Positions 12,434 through 24,880 are shown, counted from the stretch's first letter. The stretch: DNA of 64,000 nt from Okamejei kenojei (GCA_035221665.1 CM069143.1:18228001-18292000), one strand, 5' to 3'. Notes: generated by a model from the letters alone, not told the origin. Numbers and translations are program-made.

Positions 12434-14096
12434 GGGGAGGAGGAGGGGGAGGGGGGAGAGAGGGGGGGGGAGAGAAGGAGGGGGAGAGAGGGGGGGAGGA
12501 GGGTGGGAGGAGGGAGGGGGGGAGATGGGAGGGGGGGAGTGGGGAGGGGGGGAGGAGAGGGAGGGGGGGAGAGGGAGGGGGGGGAGTGGGAGGGGGGCGG
12601 AGGTGAGGGGGGAGTGGGAGAGGGGGGGAGAGGGAGGGGGGGAGAGGGAGGGGGGGGGTGAGGGGAGGGGGGGAGAGTGAGGGGCGGAGGGGGGGGGAAA
12701 GGGAGGGGAGGGAGGGGTGGGGAGAGGAGAGGGGAGAGGGGGGAGAGGGGGGGAGGGCGGAGGGTAGAGAGGGGGGAGAGAGAGAGAGGGGGGAGGGAGA
12801 GGGGGAGAGAGAGGGGGAGGGAGAGTGGAGGAGAGCGGTGGGGGAGGGCGCGAGAGGGGTGGGAAGGGAGTGGGGAGGAGGAGAGGGGGAGACGAGGGGG
12901 AGAGAGGGGGAGAGAGGGGGAGAGAGGTGTCGAGAAGGGAGAGAGAGAGGGGGAGAGAGATGGTGAGAGAGAGGGGGGAGAGAGATGGGGGAGAAAGAAA
13001 GGGGGAGAGAGAGGGGGTGAGTTGTGGGGAAGAGAGGGGGGAGTAGAGGGGTGGAGAGAGGGCGGGAGGGAGAGGGGATGAGTGTGAGGGGGTAGGGGAG
13101 AGAGAGGAGGGGAGAGAGATGTGGGGAGAGAAAGGGGGGCGGAGAGGGAGGGAGGGGGAGAGAGGGGGGGAGGGGAGAGGGAGGGGGGGGGTGAGGGGGG
13201 GGTGAGGGGGGACGGAGAGAGGGGATGGGGAGATGAGGGGGGGAGAGAGGGGGAGAGAGGGGGAGAGAGAGGGGGTATAGAGGTGGGGTTGAGAGTGGGG
13301 AGGAGAGGGGGAGAGAGAGGGGGGAGAAGAGAAGGGGAGAAGAGAGGGGAGAGAGGAAAGGGGGATGAGAGAAGGTGGGAGTGAAGGTGAGGGGGAAGAG
13401 AGGGGGAGAGGAGGGAAGAGAGGGGGGAAGTGAGAGGGGGAAGAGAGAGGGCGAGGGGGGAAGAGAGAGGGGGGAGAGGGGAGGAGAAGTGTGGGGTGTG
13501 CAGGGGGGATAGAGGGGGGAGAGGGAGAGAGAAGGGGGAGAGGAGAAAGGGGAGAGAGAAGGGTAGATGAAGAAGGGGGAGAGAAGGGGGAGAGAGAAGG
13601 GGAAAGAGAGAATGGGGGAGTGAGCAGGGGAGAGGGTGAGGGGGAGAGAGGGGGGGCAAGAGAGAGGGGGAAGAGAAGAGGGGGGTTTAGAAGAGAGTGG
13701 GTGAGAGAGAGGGGGAGAGCGAGGGGGAGAGAGTGGGGGAGGAGAGGGGGAGGGAGAGGGAGGGAGTGGGTGCGAGGGGGAGAGATTGAGGGAGATGAGG
13801 AGGGGGGAGTGGAGGTGGGGTAGAGGATGAGGGGTGAGAGGAGGAGGGGGTAGAGGAGGAGGGGGAGAGGATGAGGGGGAGAGGAGGAGGGGGGGAGGAG
13901 GATGAGAGAGAGGAGGTTGGGATAGGGAGGATGGGGTGGTAGGAAGAAGGGGATGTCGTGGAGGCGGGAGAGAGGAGGGGGATAAAAGTCGAGGAACGAG
14001 GGGGTGTGAGGATGGAGCAGAGGAAGAGGGAGGTGAGAGGGGAGGGAGAGGAGGGAAATGGGTTGGGCAAAACAGCGGGAGGTGAGCAGCGAGGGT
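12434..14096. repeat. G/A-rich polypurine low-complexity tract (~1.7 kb)
   Basis: Almost entirely G and A; abuts a gap. Confidence 0.95.
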
Positions 14097-14596
14097 NNNN
14101 NNNNNNNNNNNNNNNNNNNNNNNNNNNNNNNNNNNNNNNNNNNNNNNNNNNNNNNNNNNNNNNNNNNNNNNNNNNNNNNNNNNNNNNNNNNNNNNNNNNN
14201 NNNNNNNNNNNNNNNNNNNNNNNNNNNNNNNNNNNNNNNNNNNNNNNNNNNNNNNNNNNNNNNNNNNNNNNNNNNNNNNNNNNNNNNNNNNNNNNNNNNN
14301 NNNNNNNNNNNNNNNNNNNNNNNNNNNNNNNNNNNNNNNNNNNNNNNNNNNNNNNNNNNNNNNNNNNNNNNNNNNNNNNNNNNNNNNNNNNNNNNNNNNN
14401 NNNNNNNNNNNNNNNNNNNNNNNNNNNNNNNNNNNNNNNNNNNNNNNNNNNNNNNNNNNNNNNNNNNNNNNNNNNNNNNNNNNNNNNNNNNNNNNNNNNN
14501 NNNNNNNNNNNNNNNNNNNNNNNNNNNNNNNNNNNNNNNNNNNNNNNNNNNNNNNNNNNNNNNNNNNNNNNNNNNNNNNNNNNNNNNNNNNNNNNN
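14097..14596. other. Assembly gap
   Basis: Run of 500 N. Confidence 1.
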
Positions 14597-17594
14597 GGCA
14601 GCTATTCGGCCAGTGCTAACCACCCGAATTGGGCGAGTTGTGCAAACTACCATGTAACCATCACGAAATCTGTTGTTTGGCGGTTAACCTTGCAAAAATC
14701 CAAGATGTTATGAAGTTGTTATAACCATGGCCCTCCAATAAGGCCAGCTGAAGCAAGGCAAAAAAGTTCTTCTACAAGAAGTCGAGGACACTAGCCTCAA
14801 GGAAAGATGCTGGTAAGGAATATAACATTTGACAGACGATGAATTAAACTATGTTCCTGTTCAAATTGGGGAAGGATAAAATTGTTCTCGACAATGGCAG
14901 CAGTTGACATCAGATTTGTTCATACCAAAGTGTATTGAAGGTGAAAAATTGATTACTATACAGTCACATAATCACATTTTCCTATCGTAAACTATTTTCC
15001 ATATGAGGAAAATGTGCCTTATTCAGCAAGATTCAGCTCGTTCCATAAGAAGGGGTAATTGACCTTCTCTGTTTATCAAAGTCAACAAGTTCTGTCAAGA
15101 ATATTTTCCCAGATCTAAAAGACTGGGGGATGTAGAATTATCTGATTTTTACGAATTTGAACACATTAGAATGTTTATAGGCATTTCAAAATGGAGAACT
15201 TTACCACGGCAAACATCTCGTGTCCAAAGGTATTATATGCAACCATTGATTTTAAAGAATGCGTATTACGCAGTGACTATTCATGGTGATGATAGAGATA
15301 TATGAAATTTATTTGGAAGACTGAGCTGTGGCAAGTCAGGATCATTGCCGAATGGATTAACTTCAGCTCTAGATTATTTCCAAAATTGGTAAAACCGTGT
15401 TTAGCATTGCTTAAGCTCAGGGGGCATGTGGTAATGGCCTATTTAGATGATTTTCGATTGTTTGAACGCCTCATCTGAAACTCAATCATCAGTTTCAGTG
15501 TAAAAATCAACTTTTGAACAAATGGGATTCTTGTATTCACCCAGGTAAATCTAAATTATCACCAGTCCAAATTATTGATTATCTGTGGGATTTTACCATT
15601 AAATCCAATCACATGTTGGTAACTTTGCCAGGGATAATTGATACATTTTAATGAGACTGTGTTAATCCGTTGGAGAACACGCCCTTTGATTAGACAAGTA
15701 CCCGTTTTATTGGGAAGTTGATGCAGCCTTCCAGCTGTGGCAGTATGGTCCTCTGCAGTATCAACAATACAACTATCAAAGGACAGGCACTGAGAATACA
15801 AAGGGGCCATTTTGATAGGCCTATCCGTTTGTCACTGGGGCGATTGCTGACTTACATTGGTGGATTATCCATGTTTCAAAAAATTTAAGGAAGTTTTCGT
15901 GGAATTCACCGTCCACTGATATTACAGACTGATGAGAGTGCACTGGGTTGGGTGCAACAATATGTCTAGTTTTGGATGCCAGAAGGATGTGGATGAGACA
16001 TCGCTTCCTCAATTAAAGGATTGATTATTTAGAGTTGTTGGGCACCTGGTATGGGCTCAAAGCTTAATGTTCTACAAAGGAGGGATCTGCATGTGCAGCT
16101 CAGATTCACAACACCACAGCAGTGGCATATGTAAAACCACATGGGTGGAGTTAAGTCACAGTCTTGTGATAGACTGCTAACCAGATTTGGAGCTGGTGTA
16201 TGCTTGACCAGGGGGAAATATCTGGCTTTCAGCAACTTTAGTTGCCAGGAAGAGGTCACGTCAGTTAATGACAACTTGAATGATGTTAATCAGGATGTGT
16301 TTAACCAAATGATTGATCAGTATGCATTGCTAGATATTGACTTGTTTGCATCTCGATTAAATCATCAGTTACCTAGATATGTTTTCATGGTAACCAGATA
16401 CTGGGCAGTAGCAGTGGATGCATTTTCGCTGCATTAGGGGGGGGAATGTTTGTGTATGTATTTCCCTTCATTCTGTCTCATCACAAATGATGTTTGCCAA
16501 AAGATCAAGGAGGACACCGCGGAGGTCAGGTTTGGTAAGTGCCAGATTGGCCTACCACCGAGCAGGTTTCCCGTTGTATTACAAATGGCTAGGGAGCCTT
16601 GCATGCTTATGCCCATAATAAAAATCTACAGGTAAATCCAGTCACTGGGGATCAACATCCTTTATAGGATCGTATTGATCTGTTAATTTGCAGATTTTAA
16701 GGAGGCCATACCTGGGGAGAGGACTGTCTCATCGGACGGTGGATGTTCTCACGTCGGCCTGCAGGGGATAGTACACAGCAGCAATATATCACCTATATAA
16801 GGAAGTGGAGCAATTCTGCCTACAGCAGGATATTGTATATCACCACAGCAGGGATCACGGGAAAAATTTTGTTTTATTGGAGTTTGTCAACTCTTAATTT
16901 GACCAAAAAATTAAGTTACAGTGCAATTAATTCAGCCAGAAGTGCTCTGTCTTCTTATATACCTATGAATGCAGAATTGCATACAGTAGGACACATCCGT
17001 TAGTTCACGATTCATGAAGGGAGTTTTCAAATCTAAATCCTCCTAAACTCAGGTATGCCGGTATTTGGAATGTGAGTGAGGTTTTTTATGCTTCTTCGCC
17101 AATGGGCTCCAGTTACATAGCCTATCTGTAGCCAAATTAACTATGAAGGTGGTCATGCTTCTGTTGTGTTGGTTTCAGCCTCAACGTGTACAAACTTTGC
17201 AAAAGCTACGGCTAGATAGAATGCATGTGTCGGCTATGCCATTAAATTTATGTCTATGATTTGCTTAAACATAATATAAAAGAGGAACCATGGACAGGAT
17301 GTAAGATTGTTTTTTCAGCATACCCCGCAGATGATCGTTTCTGTATATTCCCTCACATTTATCTCGTTACATTGAAATTAACTAAACCTCTGAGAAGGAA
17401 CAGAGTTGGCTTTGTTTATTAGTCACAAAAAACCACACAGTAAGGTGTCGGTGCTAAACGATTTCAAGGTCCTCGCGGCCGCAGGATGGTCCAGTGAGCT
17501 AACTTTTCAGAGGTTTTGTCACAAGCCGATTACAAGGCTCGGGGTGTTTAAAGATCAAACTTCAAACTGGTAGTTCTCGTTTAATCTTACTATT
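14597..17594 (+). mobile_element. DIRS1-type retrotransposon copy 1 (5' part lost in gap; YR internal deletion; ICR region missing)
   Basis: Inverted near-copy of ~18350-21340. Carries RT YLDD (gcctatttagatgat ~15437), MT DIDLFASRLNHQLPRY and the YR N-terminus. Ends in the right-terminus sequence ...gtttaatcttactATT. Confidence 0.9.
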
Positions 17595-17802
17595 CTGAAG
17601 GTAACATTCAAGCACTCCACAGCAAAGATCATAGCTCGTGAGCCTCCCCCAGCACTGTGTGTTGAAAAAAATATTTATCAATCCCCAATTGCAAAACTGT
17701 GGAGCTAAGGAGCTCCTCCAGCTCCACAGCTACACAAGATATCTAAACCTCATCAAATTGAAGCCCCTAGGTTAACTTTGATTTTAAATTGCTCCAACAT
17801 TT

Positions 17803-20800
17803 AATAGTAAGATTAAACGAGAACTTCCAGTTTGAAGTTTGATCTTTATTTTATGAGGAGTCCGATTTGAGGGACTACGTGAAATAAAGCCACGTACAGC
17901 CGTTGGTGCGTCAATCTTCAAAGCAGCGGAATGAATTCACAGCTATCAATGACCGAAGTATAACGGTAAGAATGATAAAACTAGAACTACCAGATGAGAT
18001 CTATGAGGTGGGAGCGGAGGGCAACGTAGTCCCTCAACTCGACTTCCTCATAAAATAAAGATCAAACTTCAAACGTGGTAAGTTCTCGTTTTAATCTTAC
18101 TATTTTACTTCGGAGATTCACGTGAGTGACTACGTGAAGACTTCAAAGCACTGTGAATTCACGCCGCTGACTCATATCCGACGTTCACACTGCCTGGATT
18201 GACTCAAACGTCGTTAACAATCAATCATGCATCAGTAATACATTTGTTAAATGAAATAACAGTGGTTAATTACAAACAAATCATAACAAACCCCTCTAAC
18301 TCAGGGGAAAAATATAACAGTACTGACACCAGAATCAGGCAAACCCAACCCCGAGCCTTGAAATCGGCTTGTGATAAATCCTCTGAAAAGTTTAGCTCAC
18401 TGGACCATCCCTGCGGCCGCGAGGACCTTGAAATCGTTTGCACCGACACCTTACTGTGTGGTTTTTTGTGACTAATAAACAAAGCCAACTCTGTTTTCCT
18501 CTCAGATGTTTAGTAATCTCATTGTAACGAGATAAATGTGAGACTATACAGAAGCGATCATCTGCGGGTATGCTGAAAACACAATCTTACATCCGTGCCA
18601 TGTCATGCCTCTTTTTATTATGTTTAAGAGAATCATAGACATAAAATTAAATGGCATCAGCCCGACACATGCATTCTATCTAGCCGTAGCTTTGCAATGT
18701 TTGTACACGTTGGGCTGAAACCAACACCAGAAGCATGACCACCTTCATAGATAATTTTGGCTACTGATAGGCTTGTAACAGGAGCCCACTGGCGACGAGC
18801 CATAAAAACCTCACTCAAATTCCAAATACCGGCATACCTGGGTTTAGGAGGATTAAAATTGAAAAAGCTCCCTTCATGAATTGTGAAACTAACGGAATGT
18901 GTTCCCTACACTGTATGCAATTCTGCATTCATAGATAAATAAGACCAGAGCACTTCTGGCTGAATTAATCGCACTGTAATCTTAATTTTTTGGTCAAATA
19001 AAAGAGTTGACAACTCCAATACATCCGTGATCCCTGCAGTGTGATATACAATACCTGCTGTAGGCAGAATTGCTCCCACTTCCTTATATAGGTGATATAT
19101 TGCAGCTGTGTACTGTCCCTGCAGGCCGACGTGAGAACATCCACAGTTCGATGAGACAGTCCTCTCCCCAGGTATGGCCTCCTTAAAATCTGCAAATTAA
19201 CAGATCAATACGATCCTATAAAGATGTTGATCCCCAGTGACTGACATTTACCAGTAATTTTTATTCTTGGCATAAGCGTGTAAGGCTCCCTAGCCATTTG
19301 TAATACAACGTGAAACCATGCCCGTGTAGGCCAACCTGACACTACCAATACCCCTGAAGCGGAGTCCTCCTTGATCTTTTGCAAACATCTGCTGATGGGA
19401 CAGAATGGAGGAAATACATACACAAACATTCCTCCCCCAATGCAGCGAAAATGCATCCACTGCTACTGCCCCAGTATCTGGTTACCATGAAACATATCTA
19501 GGTAACTGATGATTTAATCGAGATGCAAACAAGTCAATATCTGGCAATGCATATTGATCAATCATTTGGTTAAATACATCCTGATTAACATCCATTCAAT
19601 GTTGTCATTAACCTGACGTGACATCTCCCTGGCAATAAAGTGCTGAAAGCCAGATATTTTGGTCAATACACCAGCTCCAAATCTGGTTAGCCAGTCTATC
19701 CACCAAGACTGTGACTTAACTCCACCCATGATGTTTACATATGCCACTGCTGTGGTGTTGTGAATCTGAGCTGCACATGCAGATCCCTCCTTGTAGAACA
19801 ATAAGCTTTGAGCCCATACCAGGTGCCCAACAACTCTAAATAATTAATCCCTCTAATTGAGAAGCGATGTCTCATCCACATTCCATCTGCCTCCACAACT
19901 AGAAGACATATCTGTTGCACCCCAACCCAGTGCACTTACATTCAGTCTGTAATATCAGTGACGGTGATTCCTCCAAAACCTTCCCTTAAATTTTTTTAAA
20001 CATGGTACTAAAAAAAATCCACCATTGTATGTCAGCAATAGCCTCAGCTGACAACGGCATAGGCCTATCAAAAATGCCCCGTTTGTATTCTCAGTGCCTG
20101 TTCCCTTTGATAGTTGTAATTGTTGATAATGCAGAGGACCATACTGCACAGCTGGAAAGGCTGCAACAACTTCCAATAAAGCTGGCTACTTGTCTAATCG
20201 AAGGCCGTTATTCTCCAACGAGATTAACACAGTCCTCAATTAACTGATTCAATTTATCCCTGGCAAAGTTACCAACATGTAGATTGGAATTAATGGTAAA
20301 TCCCAGATATCAATAACTTTGGACTGATATCGATAATTTAGATTTATCTGGTGAATAACAAATCCCATTTGTTCAAAAGTGATTTTAACAACTGAAACTT
20401 GATGATTGAGTTTTTCAGCATGAGTCTTTCACAACACTCTCTATCATAATATCACTCGAAAAGGCCATTACCACATGCCCTGAGCTCTAAGTAAAGCTAA
20501 CACAGGTTTTACCAATTTAGTAAATAATCTAAGAGCTGAAGTTAATCCATTCGGCAATGTCCTGAATTGCCACAGCTCAGTCATCCAAATAAATTTCAAA
20601 TATCTTCTATCATCACCATGAATAGACACTGCGTAATACGCATTCTTGAATCAATGGTTGCCATATAATACCCTTTGGACACTAGATGTTTGCCCGTGGT
20701 AAAGGTCTCCATTTTGAAATGCCTATAACAAACAAATTTGTTCAAATTGGATAAATCCAGAATAATTCTACATCCCCCAGTCTTTTAAGATCTGGGAAAT

Positions 20801-22536
20801 ATACTTGACAGAAATTGTTGACTTTGATATACAGAAGGCTCAATTACCCCTTCTTATGTAACAACATGAATCTGCTTGAATAAGCACATTTTCCTCATCA
20901 TCTGAAAATAAGTTTACGACTAGGAAAATGTTGACTAGGTAGACTGTCCTTATAGTAAAATCCAATTTTTCACCCTTCAATACACTAAGTATGAACAAAT
21001 CTGATTTCAACTGCTGCCATTGTTTGAGAAACAATTTAACCTTCCCCCATTTGAACAGGAAAAAAAAAACAAAATCAAAAGTTTTTTTTTAATTCATCGT
21101 CTGTCAATGTTTATATTTCCTTACAGCATCTTTCCTTGCGGCCTTGTTGTCCTCGACTTCTTGTAGAGAATCCTTTTTTGCCTTGCTTCCAGCTGGCTTA
21201 TTGAGGGCCATGGTTATAACAAACATCATAACAGTCTTTGACCCTTTTTGCAAGGTTACCCCCAAACAACAGATTTCGTGGTGGTGCACTGGTCGGTTGG
21301 CTCAACTCGCCAAATTCGGGTTAGCACTGGCCTAATAGCGGCCCTCCCGATATTATTAATTTCAAAATGCATTACAAAGGAATGCCAGTTCATCCTGGTG
21401 TGCTTCAACCATATCATTTGTATCAATAACTTACACCACAGCTGTAAAACCTGCTGACAACAGTTTAAAGCACTTTTTTTTAAAACTTCATCTCCTGGGG
21501 CCCTAGCAGGCAAACCCATCTATGCAAATTTGGTGATTAACCACCGGTACCTTCAGGAGATCACAATTAACAGGTGCTTTATAGTTCTTTGCTACTTCCT
21601 CCATAGCTAGCTCCTGTAACTGATGGGAGAGCATATACTGAATGGCTTCGGCCAATTCTACATCAATCGCCTTTCCTGCCTCTACACTCAGCAAACTTCC
21701 CAGCAATGTTCGGAATTACCTCCAACCGAACACCTTTACTGCTCTCCCCCAGCATAGAAACAGTGTCAGCAAACTGCCCTGATAGAACATCCTCCTCACA
21801 GGCAGGATAGTTCTGCAGCCCTGAAACAGGTGCTGCTAGCACAAGCTCTCCATCAGCCTGGCTTGGGCACCACTCCTCCCCACGGAGCTGGTCCCTGTCG
21901 AGCATTCTTTTGAAATAGAATCTCGACGTGGGAGAGCCGTGAGCAAACGGACTCTCCTATGGAGGGTATAACCTCCTGGCCCGACTCATTTACGGGCCAC
22001 AGAGACTTGCCAGTGGCCTTCCACCCTACTGACAAGCCTCCACTGCCCCCCGGCAGTGGGTCCGCAACCACTGGCTGTGTAGCCAGCACCGGACCAGGTG
22101 TACTAGACGGGCCTCCATCCTCAACACTCTCCTGCCACTTTTCCTTTCTACCCCCGGAGCGCCTTGCCAACACCTTCTTCCCTTTCTGCAACATTCTCTA
22201 CCCAAACCGTCGCAGAAAATTAAACATGCGGTAAAATTTTTTAAAAAAACCTTACCTCTTAAACTTAACGAAGAACTGCAAATGCTGGAGATTCGATGGT
22301 GATGTATGGAAGAAGGGTCTCGACCCGCAACGTCGCCCATCTCCTTCGCTCCTTAGATGCTGCTGCACCCGCCGAATTCTCCAGCTCTTCGAAAAAACCC
22401 GCGGTTTACACTTACCGCGTCGGAGGAGTGCTGCTGCTCCAACCGCCCCGACTGCACCACGTCTGACGTCATGACGCACCAACGGCTGTACGGGCTTCTA
22501 TTCACGTAGTCACGTCACGTGACTCCGAAGTAAAAT
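17803..22536 (-). mobile_element. DIRS1-type retrotransposon copy 2 with both termini (defective)
   Basis: Left end ATTttacttcggagtcacgtg (rc, ends 22536), right end cttactATT (rc, 17803), ICR ~18024-18140 with junction cttactATTttacttc. Frameshifted gag (AEAIQYMLSHQLQ), RT (VAAFPAVQYGPLHY), RNase H (INYLELLG), MT (YVFPPF) and YR fragments. Confidence 0.93.
22282..22390 (+). mobile_element. Penelope-derived short repeat inserted in the DIRS leader
   Basis: gaagaagggtctcgacccgcaacgtcgcccatctccttcgctcc...gatgctgc...ctccagc, the same family as 33427-33560 and 49500-49585. Confidence 0.7.
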
Positions 22537-23509
22537 GGCTGTGTTTTAGATGTCTTGGCATTAGGCTCTAAAATTCATTTCTTAAAATCCTCTACAAAAC
22601 CTACTTCTGTGAATGAGCTTGCTCAAATATCCTTTTTTGAATAATAATATATTTGTAGGTGTCTTGGGGTAGTTTAAAGTAGATTATTGATGCTGTGGAA
22701 ATGTATTTTCATGTTGCTTTTGAACAACAGGTCATAAGATGGAGACAGCTTCTGGAAAGCAGCAGTTACCCATAACTTATTTCTTAAAGTGTAAAATGTA
22801 ACTAAATTTTAACTTTATTTAACGATTATCCATGAACATCAAAAACAGCGGCCGGGGTATTTTAATGCATGACATCATGTCTTATATATTACATGGAATA
22901 ATTATATCTAAAATGTGAATATTAAGTATGATTGGATGCTCTCAACATCCTTTAAGGGCCTGTCTCACTTAGGCGATTTTTTATGCGACTGTCGGCGACT
23001 TGGCAATCGCCACACGGTCGCCGGGGTGTCGCTAGTATGCTCGTGAGTAGTCTCCTCAGTCGCACAAAGATTCGTAGCGTTTTTCTGGTCGCCGCTGGAT
23101 TTTGAAATGTTCAAAACTTTTCGGTGACAGTTGGTGACCGGGGGTTTGTCGTAGCTAGTCTTCACTTGAGGTAGGTGCTGTCATAGGTTGTTGCCAGGTT
23201 GTCGTCAAGAGAAGTCAAGAGAAGTCAAGTAACGACTTTGGAAAAACATATGATCATGTAAATATAAAGTGCATGGACTTCCTGAATTTTTTTTTTGGGA
23301 GACCTAGAGCATTGTAAAATGGCTCCTAGGAGAAGGAAGGGACAGCCCAGTGGCAATGCCAAAACCCCATCCGCACACACCAGGCAGGTGGAGTCCTTGG
23401 AGGAGGAGGCCCTGGAGGAGGAGGAGGTCCAGGAGGTGACCAGGGAGGTGGCCCGAGTCCCCACCACCAGCCCACCCTGGACTAGCTGCCCTGTCATGAC
23501 TACAGGTAC

Positions 23510-23514
23510 TGCTG

Positions 23515-23547
<33 letters not shown>

Positions 23548-23556
23548 ATGCTGCTG
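23510..23556. repeat. (GCT)n microsatellite (poly-Ala in the ORF)
   Basis: Imperfect GCT run. Confidence 0.9.
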
Positions 23557-23659
23557 ACCCAGACTCTGCTTCAGATTATGGTCAGGACACTGATGTCTCA
23601 AGTGAGGTGAAGAAGGGTAGGAAGGTACTTGCCTACGAATTCAACAGGGAACAAGAATT

Positions 23660-24563
23660 CGGTTCCGGTGACTCTGCGAGTCGGCTGCCTCGCATGCAGT
23701 GGTTCGTTGTTTCAAATATTTTTGGTTTTTTTTAAGCATGTCCAAAAGTATGTTTTAGTGTTTCTCTGTATGTCATGTGTGGGGGGTGGTGGGGGGGTGG
23801 GAATAGGGGGAAACCGTTTTTAGGCACCTACCTCGACGGAGATGCAACCTTTTTCCTTGTCGCTTCTTCATCCCCCACCTCGTGGACTTACTGCTGGTTT
23901 GGTGTGGCCTTACCCTGAGTCGGGCCCAGAGCTTCAGCGGTGGCAGAGCGGGGACTTTAACATCGCGGGCCCAGAGCTTCAGCAGCGGGGACTTTAACAT
24001 CGCTGACCCCCTTGCCAGGGGTTGCCGGAGAAGCGCTCCAACCGCTGGCCTGCGGCCTATAACATCTTGGAGTCTTGGTCTGTGGAGCTTCTGGTGGCAG
24101 GCGTGGAGCAGACCTTTCACTGTGGAGCGGGCGATCCCTCGCCGGGGTTCGCCGGATGAGAGCTCTGACCGCCCGCCTGTGGCCGACAATGTCTGGAAGC
24201 CACGGTCTCCGGTAAGGAGGTGGCTGACTTGGGAGCTCCGGGCCTTGGGGTGTGCTCAACCTGTCTCGACATTGGCGTTCCAACTATCCCGACCAGAGGG
24301 CTTGAACATCAGGCCGTCCGTAGCGGCAACTACAGTACTACGGAGGGTCAGGGCCCCGACCATGGGTGAACAAGAGAGGAGGAGGAGGACTGTCTGAACT
24401 GTATTGCCTTCCAGTAAAGAATGCTGTGGTGGATGGCTGTGTTGAATTATGTTGTGTATTGTGTCCTTTTTTAATTGTATCGCTGCATGGCAAATTACAT
24501 TTCACTGCACCTAACGGTGCATGTGACAAATACATTTGAACTTGAACTTGAACTTGAACTTGA
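23660..24563 (+). mobile_element. Non-coding GC-rich retroposon with a (TTGAAC)n tail
   Basis: 3' end ...gtgcatgtgacaaatacatt(tgaact)n. Shares modules with 31160-31930 and 39670-40425. Confidence 0.65.
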
Positions 24564-24784
24564 AGACTCTGAGCTCATTGAGTGGTATCAGGCAAACCAA
24601 GAAATTGAAACAGGAACTGTCATGTCAGGAATAGCCGTCTAGTCTGTTATACTATTCATGATTATGGCCAATGCAGTGGCAAATCCTTTTTCCCATCCCT
24701 CCCACACCAATCCCCTCAGATTACATTGTTTTCCAAGAATCTAACCTTTCCTACCTTGAATTTACTCCATGATAAACAACTGCC

Positions 24785-24880
24785 CATTTCTCCCCACAGA
24801 TGCTGGCTGACCCACCGTGATTTTTCAGCACTCTGCTTTTTTTGTTCAAGATTCCAGCATCTGCAGTCTCTTGTATCTCC
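24785..24880 (+). mobile_element. Penelope-derived short repeat remnant
   Basis: cagatgctggctgaccc...cagcactctgc...gattccagcatctgcagt. Confidence 0.55.

Larger units (their letters stand above)
22956..24610 (+). mobile_element. PIF/Harbinger-like DNA transposon 5' fragment with an interrupted Myb/MADF-like ORF
   Basis: TAA followed by a GGGCCTGTCTCACTTAGGCGATTTT TIR-like start. Acidic/Ala-rich ORF 23319-23657 ends YEFNREQE and resumes after the insert as DSELIEWYQANQE (24565-24603). No right TIR was found. Confidence 0.55.

Noticed and set aside
12409-14713. Long Pro/Ser/Leu-rich and Gly/Glu/Arg-rich ORFs (up to 742 aa)
   Set aside because: Products of a stop-poor G/A tract and N runs; open in many frames with no domain signal.
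14597-21340. Pure fold-back read artefact as the explanation for the inverted DIRS pair
   Set aside because: The right-end flanks differ and the 208-bp spacer is unique. Disfavoured but not fully excluded, because copy 1 abuts a gap.
23295-23735. 146-aa acidic/poly-Ala ORF as a host gene exon
   Set aside because: It follows a transposon TIR-like start, and its last ~25 codons come from an inserted retroposon.
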